Positions 19,303-29,366 are shown, numbered from the stretch's first letter. The stretch is DNA of 32,000 nucleotides from Desulfotalea psychrophila LSv54 (GCF_000025945.1 NC_006138.1:2910001-2942000), one strand, 5' to 3'. Made by a program: numbers and translations. Notes: a model not told the origin generated them from the letters alone.

Positions 19303-19731
19303 TTTTTTCAAGGCAACACTAAAACACATGACAACAGGCCACAAAAAGGTCCAAACCAGGGCAAGAGTGTAGCGTGAAGGAAATAAGGATCAGTTGAAGG
19401 TGGCGTCTCCCAGACGAACACCGGCCCAATATGCAGCAGGCCCCCCCAGAGCGTCAAACAACATGGTGAGCATTGATCTATTTTACAGCCAGGCAAGGCA
19501 ATGTTACGATGTTATGGCCAGCCCCAACCAAATAACCATTAGTCAAAGTGGTATTAGCAAGCCTGTTGTGGTGAAACTGATAAAGCCAATATGGTGCAAG
19601 CTTCCATCCACCACCAATCCCGCGACGAGCAGAAAGCCCAGCATCCGCAGATCCAAGCTCCTTACCTTTACAAAAAACAGATGAATGAGGAGCAACAGGA
19701 CACCAACACAGGCACCGCTATTCACACCGAG
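19303..19731 (-). pseudogene. DUF2878-like inner-membrane protein pseudogene with four internal in-frame stops
   Basis: One frame reads SGACVGVLLLLIHLFFVKVRSLDLRMLGFLLVAGLVVDGSLHHIGFISFTTTGLLIPL*LMVIWLGLAITS*HCLAWL*NRSMLTMLFDALGGPAAYWAGVRLGDATFN*SLFPSRYTLALVWTFLWPVVMCFSVALKKCH*, recognisable as DUF2878. Confidence 0.7.
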
Positions 19732-20024
19732 ACAAAATCTTCCCTGTCAATACCCACTGTATATTCAAGCTATAAGCACTTGGATATTTCACTACTGAGA
19801 ATATCCTCTTTTTTCGATATACTTGAACTGTAAAGAGATGCATCCTACACCTTTATAAAGCCGAGATAAGACCTCCCCCTGACTGCCCCTTTGCATATCA
19901 TCTGTAATAGGTACAGCACCAAATCAACCGGGGTCCCAAAAGCCAGAGACAGAATAACAGCAACAAAGATCATAAAATTAAAACATTAGAACAATCTCAG
20001 AGAGAAAACTCTGGATTACCAATG

Positions 20025-21401
20025 CTACTCTCTCTCCCTGGCAAAAACAGATGACATATAGCTATTAACATCAAACTTGCGACGGCATCCCGCCTCATTC
20101 ATATACCGAATCTTACCGAAAACAGGACGTTCTGCCCAGGCCCTGTCATGCACCCCTCCAATTGACCAGGCAACCCCCGCATAGCCATTGGGATCGCGAC
20201 CGTCAAGTGAGTACCGATCGTTAAGCCTTATGGCATATTCCAGGGCAGTTTCCGGGTTAGGTGTCCATTCGAGTATCTTCTTAGCCCAGTACATTCGTAA
20301 ATAGCCATGCAATTTACCGCTCTGGACGAGATCAATTTGGCAGGCGTTCCAGAGCTGTTCATGGGTGTTGCCTGCTTCCAAATCGTGGAAGGAATAGAGA
20401 TACGCCCTCTCATCACAGCGATGCTGATCAAGTGATTTACGGGCCCACGCAGGAAATCCTGCAAAAGTATCGTATAAGGGCTCGTACAGGCAAAAATTAT
20501 CAGAAAGTTCCCGCCGTACAATCAGTTCCTCCAGAAAAGGCTCCTTGGTCTCTATAGGTAGTTTGTCCCTCGACACAACCCAGGCCAGGCGCTGGGCGGA
20601 CAGATGCCCGAAATGCAGATAAGGGGATAATCCCGACTGCCCGTTCAGACAGGGATTGTTCCGGCGCTCCGAATAATTTTCAAGTCCAATCTTAATAAAA
20701 GAATCAGCTGCAAACTGAGCACTTGCTTCGCCAGCCCCTCTCAATTCGCAGCCGGAGGAATTCAACGTGGAGATAACCCTTGCAAGAGAGCTTGAGCCAG
20801 CAAGAGCCAAAGTGTGAGCCCAGCTAAAAGGATGATGCTGAAGAGGAGGGATATCTGTTAAAAAATCATCCAGTAGGCGTTTAATTTTGGGACGGATGGT
20901 ATAGGCAGCGTACTCTTTCTTGTCTGAGACCATCCAGGCGGGAATGATATTATGGGTATCAACCTGGTAAATAGGAGTGACCACCTGTGCTATCAGCTGT
21001 TCTGTCCATTGCCGCTTAATACGTAGTGGATCAAAGTCACTTACAAGTAGATGGGCGTCAATCTGACGGAGAAATCCTGGCAGGATATCATCAGGAGACT
21101 GTTCAAATAAGGTGAAATGAATATTCATCTCATGCAGTTTTTTCTGCATACGAGCAAGGCCTCTCAGCATGAAGAGGTACTGACTAGATTTGGCACCAAG
21201 GTAGTCGGGAACAAGACAGAATACGACCAGTAGCCCTTTCTGGCGGGAGATGGCCTCCTGTTGGGCCCATAAAAGAGCCCAGTTATCCCGAACCCTCTGG
21301 TCACGCGACACCCAATAGACAACCGGCCCATCGCCCCGACGCCCGTTCTTCAGGCGACGACCCCTCCTTACTATATCTTTGTTTCTTCGATTTATATCCA
21401 T
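20025..21401 (-). CDS. phr: Class II deoxyribodipyrimidine (CPD) photolyase
   Basis: 458 aa; GPVVYWVSRDQRVRDNWAL N-terminus, LSPYLHFGHLSAQRLAW, and class II signature DGRDPNGYAGVAWSIGGVHDRAWAERPVFGKIRYMN. Confidence 0.93.
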   Translation of the reverse strand: MDINRRNKDIVRRGRRLKNGRRGDGPVVYWVSRDQRVRDNWALLWAQQEAISRQKGLLVVFCLVPDYLGAKSSQYLFMLRGLARMQKKLHEMNIHFTLFEQSPDDILPGFLRQIDAHLLVSDFDPLRIKRQWTEQLIAQVVTPIYQVDTHNIIPAWMVSDKKEYAAYTIRPKIKRLLDDFLTDIPPLQHHPFSWAHTLALAGSSSLARVISTLNSSGCELRGAGEASAQFAADSFIKIGLENYSERRNNPCLNGQSGLSPYLHFGHLSAQRLAWVVSRDKLPIETKEPFLEELIVRRELSDNFCLYEPLYDTFAGFPAWARKSLDQHRCDERAYLYSFHDLEAGNTHEQLWNACQIDLVQSGKLHGYLRMYWAKKILEWTPNPETALEYAIRLNDRYSLDGRDPNGYAGVAWSIGGVHDRAWAERPVFGKIRYMNEAGCRRKFDVNSYMSSVFARERE

Positions 21402-21524
21402 TGTTAATAATTGTATATAGAATTTATAGAACTAACAATTGCTATTCCCCCTCCACCTGTTAGATACTATCTATAGTCGGGGCAAAAAAACATAAAGTCA
21501 ACCCTATCTGAGAGGCCTATCGGC

Positions 21525-22472
21525 ATGGATGAAAAAATCAAAATAGGTATCAGCTCCTGTCTGCTTGGCAATGAGGTCCGTTTTAACGGTGGGCACCAAC
21601 ATGACAGGTATATCACCGATACTTTAGGAGATTTTTTTAACTTTGTACCAGTCTGTCCCGAAGTCGAATGTGGACTTTCAGTGCCCAGAGAATCAATGCG
21701 CCTGGTGGGTGATGCCAGGTCACCACGTCTCATCACCAACAAAACGGGCATTGACCATACGGACAAAATGAATAAATGGGCCTCTGTCCGCCTTGAAGAG
21801 CTTGAGCAGGAAAATCTTTGCGGGTTTATTTTTAAGAGCAAGTCACCATCATCGGGCATGGAACGGGTAAAGGTTTATGATAAAAACAATGTCCCTCGAA
21901 CTATCGGGGTCGGTCTTTTTGCCCGAGCCTTCATGGAGCATTTCCCAATAGTCCCGGTCGAGGAGGAAGGACGTCTGCATGATCCTTCTTTACGTGAAAA
22001 TTTTATAGAATCAGTTTTTCTCTACCAACGTTGGCGGAGCACTCTTAATGATTTTACTCTGAAAAAACTGGTAGATTTTCACACCCAGCATAAACTACTG
22101 CTGCGGGCGCACAGCGAGAATCACTACCGGGAAATGGGCCGTATTGTCGCAGAAGCCGGGTCTATAGAGCCAAAAAGACTTCTTAGCTCTTATCAAGAAA
22201 ATCTGATGGCGGCCATGAGGCTAAAACCCACTGTGAAGAAGCATGTCAATGTTCTCATGCACATGATGGGATATTTCAAAAAACGCCTTTCAAGCGATGA
22301 GAAGCAAGAGCTCTTGGATGTCATCACTCGCTTCAAAAACAACCATATCCCGCTTATTGTCCCCATTACCCTAATGAACCATTATATACGAAAATATAAT
22401 GAATCGTACTTACAGCAGCAGCATTATCTCAACCCACACCCGACAGAGTTAAGGCTTCGTAATCATGCCTGA
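21525..22472 (+). CDS. DUF523 + DUF1722 (YbgA-like) protein
   Basis: IKIGISSCLLGNEVRFNGGHQHDRYI...VPVCPEVECGLSVPRESMRLV (DUF523) and FHTQHKLLLRAHSENHYREMGRIVA...HVLMHMMGYFKKRLSSDEKQELLDVI (DUF1722). Confidence 0.92.
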   Translation: MDEKIKIGISSCLLGNEVRFNGGHQHDRYITDTLGDFFNFVPVCPEVECGLSVPRESMRLVGDARSPRLITNKTGIDHTDKMNKWASVRLEELEQENLCGFIFKSKSPSSGMERVKVYDKNNVPRTIGVGLFARAFMEHFPIVPVEEEGRLHDPSLRENFIESVFLYQRWRSTLNDFTLKKLVDFHTQHKLLLRAHSENHYREMGRIVAEAGSIEPKRLLSSYQENLMAAMRLKPTVKKHVNVLMHMMGYFKKRLSSDEKQELLDVITRFKNNHIPLIVPITLMNHYIRKYNESYLQQQHYLNPHPTELRLRNHA

Positions 22473-23919
22473 TAAACCTCAAAAAAAGACCGTTCTTATC
22501 ACCGGCGCAACCGGTTATATTGGCAGAAAGCTCACACATCGCCTGGTACAAGACGCCACTGTCAATGTTCGCTTACTGGTGCGTAACAGGAATAAGGTCC
22601 AGGTTTCTATCGCCGATAAAGTTGATATCAGGGAAGGATCAACCTTTGATAAAGATAGCTTGAAATCCATATTGACAGGGATTGATACGGCCTTTTACCT
22701 GATCCACTCTATGGATTCAGGAGATAATTATCGAAACCTTGATAAAATCAGCGCCACAAACTTCAGAGAAGCCTGCATCGTAGCTGGTGTTCGACGAATA
22801 ATTTATCTTGGCGGCCTGGGAGTAAAAGAGAGTGCCAGTGAACATCTGCTGAGTCGAATTGAAACGGGTGAGATTCTTTCTGAGAGAGTATCTGATATTG
22901 AAACAATATGGTTACGGGCAGGAGTCATCATCGGTTCAGGAAGTGCCAGTTTTGAGATTATCCGCAACCTCTGTCAAAAACTGCCCTTGATGATCACTCC
23001 GCGCTGGGTTCGCAGTCGGACCCAGCCCATCGGCATTGATGATGTTCTTAACTATTTACAGTCCGCCATCGCCCTTGTCCAACAGGGTAACCTCATTATA
23101 GATATAGGCAGTGAAGACCTTAATTTTCAGCAAATGATGGAACAGGCAGCTGAAGTCATGGGATTAAAAAGATATCTCTTCCCCGTTCCGGTTCTCACGC
23201 CCCGACTCTCCTCCTACTGGCTGATACTTTTCACCCCCATCCCCTACAGGCTCGCTGCAGCTCTCGTTGAGGGACTGAAAAGTGAAAGCGTATTGCAAAA
23301 CGATAATGCTGAGCGGCTTTTCCCAGATATCAGGCCATCTTCTTTCAAACAGGCTGTTGAGCACGCCATGGATGAACTTGAGCGAAACCAGATTATAAAC
23401 CGCTGGTGTGACTCCAACGCACAGCAGGCATGTAATATCAAGGATTTTGACAACCCTCCTGGGGCGATATTGCGAGATACCAGAATTGTCCCCTTTGCTC
23501 GAGGAGAACAACAGAAAGACATATTTCTATCAGCCTGCTCCATTGGCGGAGAAAAAGATTGGTTCAGATATAACTTCCTTTGGATGAGCCGAGGGACGAT
23601 GGACAAAATTGCCGCCTATGGTCTCAGCAGTGAAAGACGATTAAATTCTGATTTACGTATCGGCGATGCTCTGGGTTTCTGGAAAGTTGCTGATCTCAAA
23701 GCAGGAAAAAGACTTCTTCTTCATGCCCAGATGAAAATTCCAGGCGAGGCTTGGCTCGAATTTGACGTGCATTCAAATCAACTGGTGCAAACAGCTCATT
23801 TTCTGCCCAAGGGTTTATGGGGAAGATTATATTGGTACTCGGCTCTTCCTTATCACCGCTTTATTTTCAACAACTTAGCCAAAACAATTGTCAAAACGGC
23901 AAGAAGAATAGAAAAATAA
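22465..23919 (+). CDS. NAD(P)-dependent SDR/epimerase-like protein with C-terminal DUF2867
   Basis: VLITGATGYIGRKLTHRL Rossmann motif; C-terminal FRYNFLWMSRGTMDKIA...GDALGFWKVADLKAGKRLLLHAQMKIPGEAWLEF. Confidence 0.87.
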   Translation: MPDKPQKKTVLITGATGYIGRKLTHRLVQDATVNVRLLVRNRNKVQVSIADKVDIREGSTFDKDSLKSILTGIDTAFYLIHSMDSGDNYRNLDKISATNFREACIVAGVRRIIYLGGLGVKESASEHLLSRIETGEILSERVSDIETIWLRAGVIIGSGSASFEIIRNLCQKLPLMITPRWVRSRTQPIGIDDVLNYLQSAIALVQQGNLIIDIGSEDLNFQQMMEQAAEVMGLKRYLFPVPVLTPRLSSYWLILFTPIPYRLAAALVEGLKSESVLQNDNAERLFPDIRPSSFKQAVEHAMDELERNQIINRWCDSNAQQACNIKDFDNPPGAILRDTRIVPFARGEQQKDIFLSACSIGGEKDWFRYNFLWMSRGTMDKIAAYGLSSERRLNSDLRIGDALGFWKVADLKAGKRLLLHAQMKIPGEAWLEFDVHSNQLVQTAHFLPKGLWGRLYWYSALPYHRFIFNNLAKTIVKTARRIEK

Positions 23920-24115
23920 CCACAGATAATATCAAAAGAGAACTATCAGCTCAAAGAAAGTTTAACTTCTGCAAACACTCCGCCAGCCAAAGGTCTTTAG
24001 GCACTAAGGACTGTCGACAAATAAACTCTGCATGAACTCAAATATCCACTGAGTTTAAAAACCAGCAAAATCAATCACTAATCTGCCAAAATAGTTTTTT
24101 AAAATCAAAAAAAAA

Positions 24116-24138
24116 GGCTGTGACAAAAAGTCACAGCC
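24116..24138 (-). terminator. Intrinsic terminator for the minus-strand ssb unit
   Basis: GGCTGTGAC-aaaaa-GTCACAGCC 9-bp stem; on the minus strand followed by a run of Ts (plus-strand A-tract 24106-24115). Confidence 0.85.
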
Positions 24139-24185
24139 TCTTAAGAGAACATAGCACTCTCTAAAGGGATGCTCGAAAAATTAAG

Positions 24186-24287
24186 CTTTTCAATAAAGAT
24201 CAAGGCGCATGAAAAATTTTACCGCAGGCATATATCTGATATTCCGAGGATGAAATTTTTCATGCAACGCAGAGATTTGAAGAAAAG
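24186..24287. repeat. Long imperfect inverted repeat between ssb and its terminator
   Basis: Perfect core GCATGAAAAATTT (24207-24219) / AAATTTTTCATGC (24253-24265), with matching outer ends CTTTTC (24186-24191) / GAAAAG (24282-24287). Confidence 0.75.
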
Positions 24288-24312
24288 ACTATTTTTCAAG
24301 ATTCCCTAAATG

Positions 24313-24741
24313 CTAGAAGGGTACGTCGTTACCGGTTCCACCGTAGGCATCCGGGCCGGTAGGCTCAGGAAAGGAGTTCTCACCTGCGGAAGAGCTATCG
24401 GAGGAGTTGTTGCTGCCACGAGGGCTGAGCATCTTCATCTCTCGGGCTACAATCTCCGTTGAGTAACGATCGTTACCGCTCTGGTCCTGCCATTTGCGGG
24501 TCTGGATTTTTCCCTCGATATATACCCGGGCACCCTTATTCAGGTACTCGCCACAGATCTCAGCAAGACGGCCCCAAGCAATAACCCGATGCCATTCAGT
24601 GGATTCCTGCATTTGGCCACTCTGATCCTTCCAACGCTCGGTGGTAGCCAATCTCAGGGTTGCCACCTGAGTTCCGTTACCGGTGCTACGAATTTCAGGA
24701 TCTGCGCCTAGATTACCAATTAAAATTGCCTTATTTATCAT
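24313..24741 (-). CDS. ssb: Single-stranded DNA-binding protein
   Basis: 142 aa; [33 protein letters not shown]...[42 protein letters not shown]; acidic tip GNDVPF (related to DDDIPF). Confidence 0.96.
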   Translation of the reverse strand: MINKAILIGNLGADPEIRSTGNGTQVATLRLATTERWKDQSGQMQESTEWHRVIAWGRLAEICGEYLNKGARVYIEGKIQTRKWQDQSGNDRYSTEIVAREMKMLSPRGSNNSSDSSSAGENSFPEPTGPDAYGGTGNDVPF

Positions 24742-24995
24742 CTTTTATCTCCCAAAAAAAGGATAGTTATCTCTAAAAGAGCATTTGTTTAAATAGTACA
24801 GTGAATGAAAAAGAAAATATACTCTATTTATTATTTCAGCATGAAAGGCAAGCTTAAAAACCGATAAGACGATCCAAGATACGATCAAGAGCCGCCCACC
24901 TTGCACCACTCTGGGCCAGACTTTAGAGCAAAGCCCTCTACCTTTCGGGTAAAAACAAACAGAAACTCTCTGGGTCCCAAGTCTTTTATCTGCTT

Positions 24996-25853
24996 TTAAT
25001 TTTTCTCCTGCAACTGATACTTATCTGCCAGTTGCAGATAATGTAGACCAATCTCCTCCTGGCCATGACGAACAGCGCCCTCCCCAAAAATATGGGCCTT
25101 ACGCACCAACTCCCTGCGAGCAAGGAGCTCTTGAGCAGGGTTGAGCCGGGCGGAGAGAAGAAGACGCTCCAGAGCATCAATACGCAGACGATCCATACCA
25201 ACCCGGTACTGATAGGAGACCTGATCATCCCGACCGCCCTCTTTTATGGTAAGGCGCTCATCTACCAGGAGAAAGGGATAGCGACAGCTGACCCGAAGCC
25301 AAAAGTCATAATCCTCACAGCAGCGCATTCCCTCATCAAAGAGCCCCACCTCACTAAAAATTGACCTGTGGAGCATTACCGTTGACATCCCCACAGCGCA
25401 GAGCTGCAGACAGTGGGCGAAGATATCGCCATGCCCGGGAATATGTTTCTTCTTTTGATTAAGATGTTCCCCTCGCCGCAACCATTTTTCATAGGTGTGA
25501 CTTATACGCATTTCTGGTTGAGCGCACAGGGCCCCATACTGTTTTTCTATCTTTTTTTTATGCCAGTGATCATCGGAGTCCAGATAGGCGATATAATCAG
25601 AGGAGGCATGCTGAAGGCCATTATTCCTGGCGGCAGCAGGACCCTGGTTTTTTTGATAAATATAGCGAATCGGCACCCCCTGCTCTGCTTTTTTTTGCCG
25701 AATAAGGGCCTCAGACCCATCGGTGGAGCCATCATCGACAATGACAATCTCCGCGACCCTAAGGGACTGACGTAGCACAGAATCAATGGCACGGACAAGA
25801 TATTGATCTCTATTATAAGTTGGGATAACAACTGAAATTGGGGCAAAATTCAT
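24996..25853 (-). CDS. Family 2 glycosyltransferase
   Basis: 285 aa; ISVVIPTYNRDQYLVRAIDSVLRQ...EIVIVDDGSTDGS...AARNNGLQHASSDYIAYLDSDDHW. Confidence 0.93.
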   Translation of the reverse strand: MNFAPISVVIPTYNRDQYLVRAIDSVLRQSLRVAEIVIVDDGSTDGSEALIRQKKAEQGVPIRYIYQKNQGPAAARNNGLQHASSDYIAYLDSDDHWHKKKIEKQYGALCAQPEMRISHTYEKWLRRGEHLNQKKKHIPGHGDIFAHCLQLCAVGMSTVMLHRSIFSEVGLFDEGMRCCEDYDFWLRVSCRYPFLLVDERLTIKEGGRDDQVSYQYRVGMDRLRIDALERLLLSARLNPAQELLARRELVRKAHIFGEGAVRHGQEEIGLHYLQLADKYQLQEKN

Positions 25854-26154
25854 AAATTGGCTATTTGTTTTTAAAATAATGATTTTCTATAGCTTTTCGG
25901 GACTCATCTAATTATACTGCTGTTTGAGTTAGCACAGCTCTTTGCTCCGACAAAAGATAGACATTATACTTCAAGGATGCAAGAGTAACCTAGTCTAAAG
26001 GAGACGTGAAAAGCTTATCGTCCACAGCAACCACGTCGTAAAACATTCGCCGCCCCTTTTCCCTAGATAACCAAAAACATGAAAAATAAGCATGATGCCT
26101 TATCCGCAGCAGAGGCTTCATAAAGAATATAGTAATTCAATAGTTTGGATTGGC

Positions 26155-27648
26155 ATGTCTACAGATATATTAATTAATTCGAGAAGCTACGAGGTGCGTC
26201 TTGCTCTTGTAGAAAACGGAAATCTCAGTGAATTCCATATGCAGCGCCCTACAGAAAAGGGTCTGATGGGAAATATTTACAAGGGAAAGGTCGTACGTGT
26301 GCTCCCTGGTATGCAGGCCGCCTTCGTTGACATTGGCCTGGAGAGAACCGGTTTTCTCTATGTAGACGACGTATCATTTCTACCTGAGAACCTCGAAGTA
26401 GGTTGTCCGGCCCGCAACGCCAGCACCAACCCGCGTACCCAGGGCATTCGCATAGAAGACCTCCTCTCTGAAGGGCAAAACATTATTGTTCAGGTTACCA
26501 AGGATCCAATAGGTACCAAAGGGGCCCGCCTAACCTGCCACATAACTCTGCCCTGTCGTAATCTTGTCTTCATTCCCCAAACAGACCATATTGGTGTCTC
26601 CAGAAAAATTGATGACGAGACATTACGGGAAGAGCTCAAGAAACAGATAGAAGAGATCAGACCCGAAGGTGTCGGCTTTATTGTCAGAACAGTTGCCGAA
26701 CATGCGACCCGAGAAGAGCTTGAGGCAGATATGGAGTTTCTCCTCATCCTCTGGGACGAAATTATTGTAAAAATCAGTCATGCCAAGTCGCCAGAACTCA
26801 TCCACGAAGATCTCGACATAACACTTCGTTCTGTCAGGGACTTCTTCACCATTGACGTTGATAGACTGATCATTGACGACGAAAAAGACTATAAAAAGCT
26901 CCTGGGATTTGTCAAAACATTTGCCCCCCAGCTCCACAATAAAATCTCCCTCTACACGGATCCTATACCTCTGTTTGACGCCTATAATATTGAGGTTGAA
27001 ATAGCAAAGGCAATAGAGAAAAAAGTTTGGCTCAGATCCGGTGGCTATATCATCATTGAGAGCACCGAAGCCCTTTCTGTCATAGATGTCAACACAGGTC
27101 GTTTTGTCGGCAAAAACAACCTGAACGACACCATTTTTAAGACAAATATCGAAGCGGCAAAAGAAATTGCCGACCAATTACGCCTACGCAACATTGGTGG
27201 TATTATCATTATTGACTTTATTGATATGGAATCAGCGGAGCACCGTGAACAGCTCTATGAGACCTTCCAAGAGGCAGTAAAAAAAGACAAGAGCCGAATC
27301 AATATCCTCAAACTTTCAGAGTTTGGCCTCGTGCAGATGACTCGTAAGAGAAGCAGTGAGAATCTCTATCAGCTCATGTGTGAATCCTGCCATTACTGCT
27401 CAGGAGAGGGAATGATCAAGTCCCGGCGCACAATCTGTTATGACATTTTTCGTAAGCTCAGTCGTCACACCAACAAAAATCACGGCACCACCGTGACCCT
27501 TCGGGTTCATCCACGCATTGCCGATATACTTGAAAACGAAGAAGAGCTAACCTTGGGTACGGTGGAAAAAGATATTGGCCGCAGAATTATCGTTGCCTCC
27601 TCCAAGGATCTTCATATAGAGAAATATGAAATTATCTGGCAACAGTAG
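26155..27648 (+). CDS. rng: Ribonuclease E/G family protein
   Basis: S1 domain MGNIYKGKVVRVLPGMQAAFVDIGLERTGFLYVDD; catalytic region GGYIIIESTEALSVIDVNTGRFVG...IIIIDFIDM...LTQMTRKR-like VQMTRKRSSENL. Start chosen at internal Met (MSTDILINSRSYEVRLALVENG) rather than the track start 26092. Confidence 0.93.
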   Translation: MSTDILINSRSYEVRLALVENGNLSEFHMQRPTEKGLMGNIYKGKVVRVLPGMQAAFVDIGLERTGFLYVDDVSFLPENLEVGCPARNASTNPRTQGIRIEDLLSEGQNIIVQVTKDPIGTKGARLTCHITLPCRNLVFIPQTDHIGVSRKIDDETLREELKKQIEEIRPEGVGFIVRTVAEHATREELEADMEFLLILWDEIIVKISHAKSPELIHEDLDITLRSVRDFFTIDVDRLIIDDEKDYKKLLGFVKTFAPQLHNKISLYTDPIPLFDAYNIEVEIAKAIEKKVWLRSGGYIIIESTEALSVIDVNTGRFVGKNNLNDTIFKTNIEAAKEIADQLRLRNIGGIIIIDFIDMESAEHREQLYETFQEAVKKDKSRINILKLSEFGLVQMTRKRSSENLYQLMCESCHYCSGEGMIKSRRTICYDIFRKLSRHTNKNHGTTVTLRVHPRIADILENEEELTLGTVEKDIGRRIIVASSKDLHIEKYEIIWQQ

Positions 27649-27758
27649 AGCGGCAAAATTGCAATTATAAAATAATTTTACTCTAAGGCAGAAATCTTAA
27701 CAGAGGAAATGCTTTAAGATTCCCTAATCATTACCCCATCACCTAAATAGGCTCGTCC

Positions 27759-29138
27759 ATGGTAAGAAGACGTAATCGTAGAACCCTCTCCCTCGCTAAG
27801 GTTTTTTTAATCTTCCTCTTTTTCATTCTTATTGGCGGAGGCTTTGCCGCATACTTCCTCTTTTTTGAGCAGCAAGCACCCAAAATCACCCTGAACAGCA
27901 ACCTCCAGTACCTTGGCAAAAAAGGCGAAATAAGCTTCACTGTCACCGACGAGGACAGTGGTCTTCGCTCACTTCTGGTTGTCGCTGAGCAGAATGGAAT
28001 TAATCGCGATCTCTATAGCAAGGTATTCCCCAGAACAAACTATATAGGAGAAATTGGCCCGAAGAAAGAGAGCCAGCAGGTGTTTTTTGATCCGATAAAA
28101 TCCGGCTTCAAAGATGGAGAGATCACCATCTCTATTGAGGCTCAGGATTTTTCTGCCCGTAATTTCCTAGCTGGAAATAAGACAACGATAAGCAAAAAGG
28201 TTGTTCTCGATACCAAGGCTCCCAAGATTCGACCAATCTACACCGAGGGATATATCTGGTCCGGTGGATCCGGTATCGTCATCTACCGGGTTGATGATGC
28301 AAAAAGCCTCAGCGGGGTTACCGTCAACGGTAAATTCAATCAGGGATTCCCTCTCCAGGATGGCCGTAAGGATGTTTTCATCTCCTATTTCGCCCTCCCA
28401 TATAATACTGAAAGCATCTCTGAAATTTTCATCAGTGCAACGGATCAGGCCGGAAATTATAGCAAGATGGTTTTTTCCACCACCTTCAAGGCAAGTCCGA
28501 AGGTAAAGGATCGAATCAACATCAACGATCGATTCCTTGCAAAAAAAATCCCGGAATTTGAAGAAAACTCCTCCTATAAGATGGAGGGTGACAGGGTAAC
28601 AAAATACGTCTTCATCAACAACCAGATGCGTCACGACAACAATGCTGCCATTGCCAAGATATGTGAAACATCTGAGCCAAATCGCCTCTGGCAGGGCAGA
28701 TTTGGCAGAATGGCCGGATCATCCCCTGCGGGTTTTGCTGAACGCCGAAGTTATTACTACAAGAACAGACTGATAGACAAACAGGTACACCTGGGGATGG
28801 ATCTGGCCTCAACCAGAAGGGCCCACGTCAAGGCGTCTAATACAGGCAAGGTTGTCCATGCTGACTACCTGGGAATCTATGGAAATATGATCATGCTTGA
28901 TCATGGCCAGGGAATTTTCAGTCTCTACTCCCATCTCAGCCAAATTAACGTCGCCGTCGGAGAAGACGTCACCAAGGGGGCTACCATCGGCCTTACAGGG
29001 GCAACAGGCATGGCCGGCGGAGACCATCTCCACTTTTCCATACTGGTACATGGTACCTTTGTCAATCCACGTGAATGGTGGGATAGAAAATGGATTAAGG
29101 TGAACATCGACGACCCGATCCTTGACTCAAGAATGTAA
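27759..29138 (+). CDS. M23 family metallopeptidase with N-terminal TM and Ig-like region
   Basis: 459 aa; HLGMDLAST...VHADYLGIYGNMIMLDHGQGIFSLYSHLSQI...ATGMAGGDHLHFSILVHGTFVNPREWW. Confidence 0.93.
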   Translation: MVRRRNRRTLSLAKVFLIFLFFILIGGGFAAYFLFFEQQAPKITLNSNLQYLGKKGEISFTVTDEDSGLRSLLVVAEQNGINRDLYSKVFPRTNYIGEIGPKKESQQVFFDPIKSGFKDGEITISIEAQDFSARNFLAGNKTTISKKVVLDTKAPKIRPIYTEGYIWSGGSGIVIYRVDDAKSLSGVTVNGKFNQGFPLQDGRKDVFISYFALPYNTESISEIFISATDQAGNYSKMVFSTTFKASPKVKDRININDRFLAKKIPEFEENSSYKMEGDRVTKYVFINNQMRHDNNAAIAKICETSEPNRLWQGRFGRMAGSSPAGFAERRSYYYKNRLIDKQVHLGMDLASTRRAHVKASNTGKVVHADYLGIYGNMIMLDHGQGIFSLYSHLSQINVAVGEDVTKGATIGLTGATGMAGGDHLHFSILVHGTFVNPREWWDRKWIKVNIDDPILDSRM

Positions 29139-29152
29139 GGTCGCCCCACCCT

Positions 29153-29192
29153 TTTCACCAGCTTTTTCATAAACATGAAAAAGCTGGTGAAA
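29153..29192. terminator. Bidirectional terminator-like hairpin
   Basis: Perfect 18-bp stem TTTCACCAGCTTTTTCAT-aaac-ATGAAAAAGCTGGTGAAA between convergent ORFs. Confidence 0.75.
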
Positions 29193-29198
29193 CAGATA

Positions 29199-29366
29199 TT
29201 AATCTTCTATCTCATAGTCAGGATGACCACAGATAGAACAGCGAAGGGTTTGATCTGCGTTATCAAAGATATACTCCCACTTCTTCTCTCGTATCATGTC
29301 TTCTTTCTCGATACCACAGGTGATACAAACCCATTTATCACCCTCTTCTGTTTCAAATAAGTGCAT
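29199..29366 (-). CDS. 55-aa zinc-ribbon protein (absent from the supplied ORF track)
   Basis: Conceptual translation MHLFETEEGDKWVCITCGIEKEDMIREKKWEYIFDNADQTLRCSICGHPDYEIED*; paired CxxC motifs; GGGAG upstream of the ATG. Confidence 0.75.
   Translation of the reverse strand: MHLFETEEGDKWVCITCGIEKEDMIREKKWEYIFDNADQTLRCSICGHPDYEIED

Noticed and set aside
19394-19684. 96-aa plus-strand ORF
   Set aside because: The complementary strand carries recognisable DUF2878-like sequence; the plus ORF is its shadow.
23164-23606. Two overlapping minus-strand ORFs (115 and 120 aa)
   Set aside because: Both lie antisense within the SDR/DUF2867 gene.
26623-27177. 184-aa minus-strand ORF
   Set aside because: Fully antisense to the well-supported RNase E/G gene; no family resemblance.
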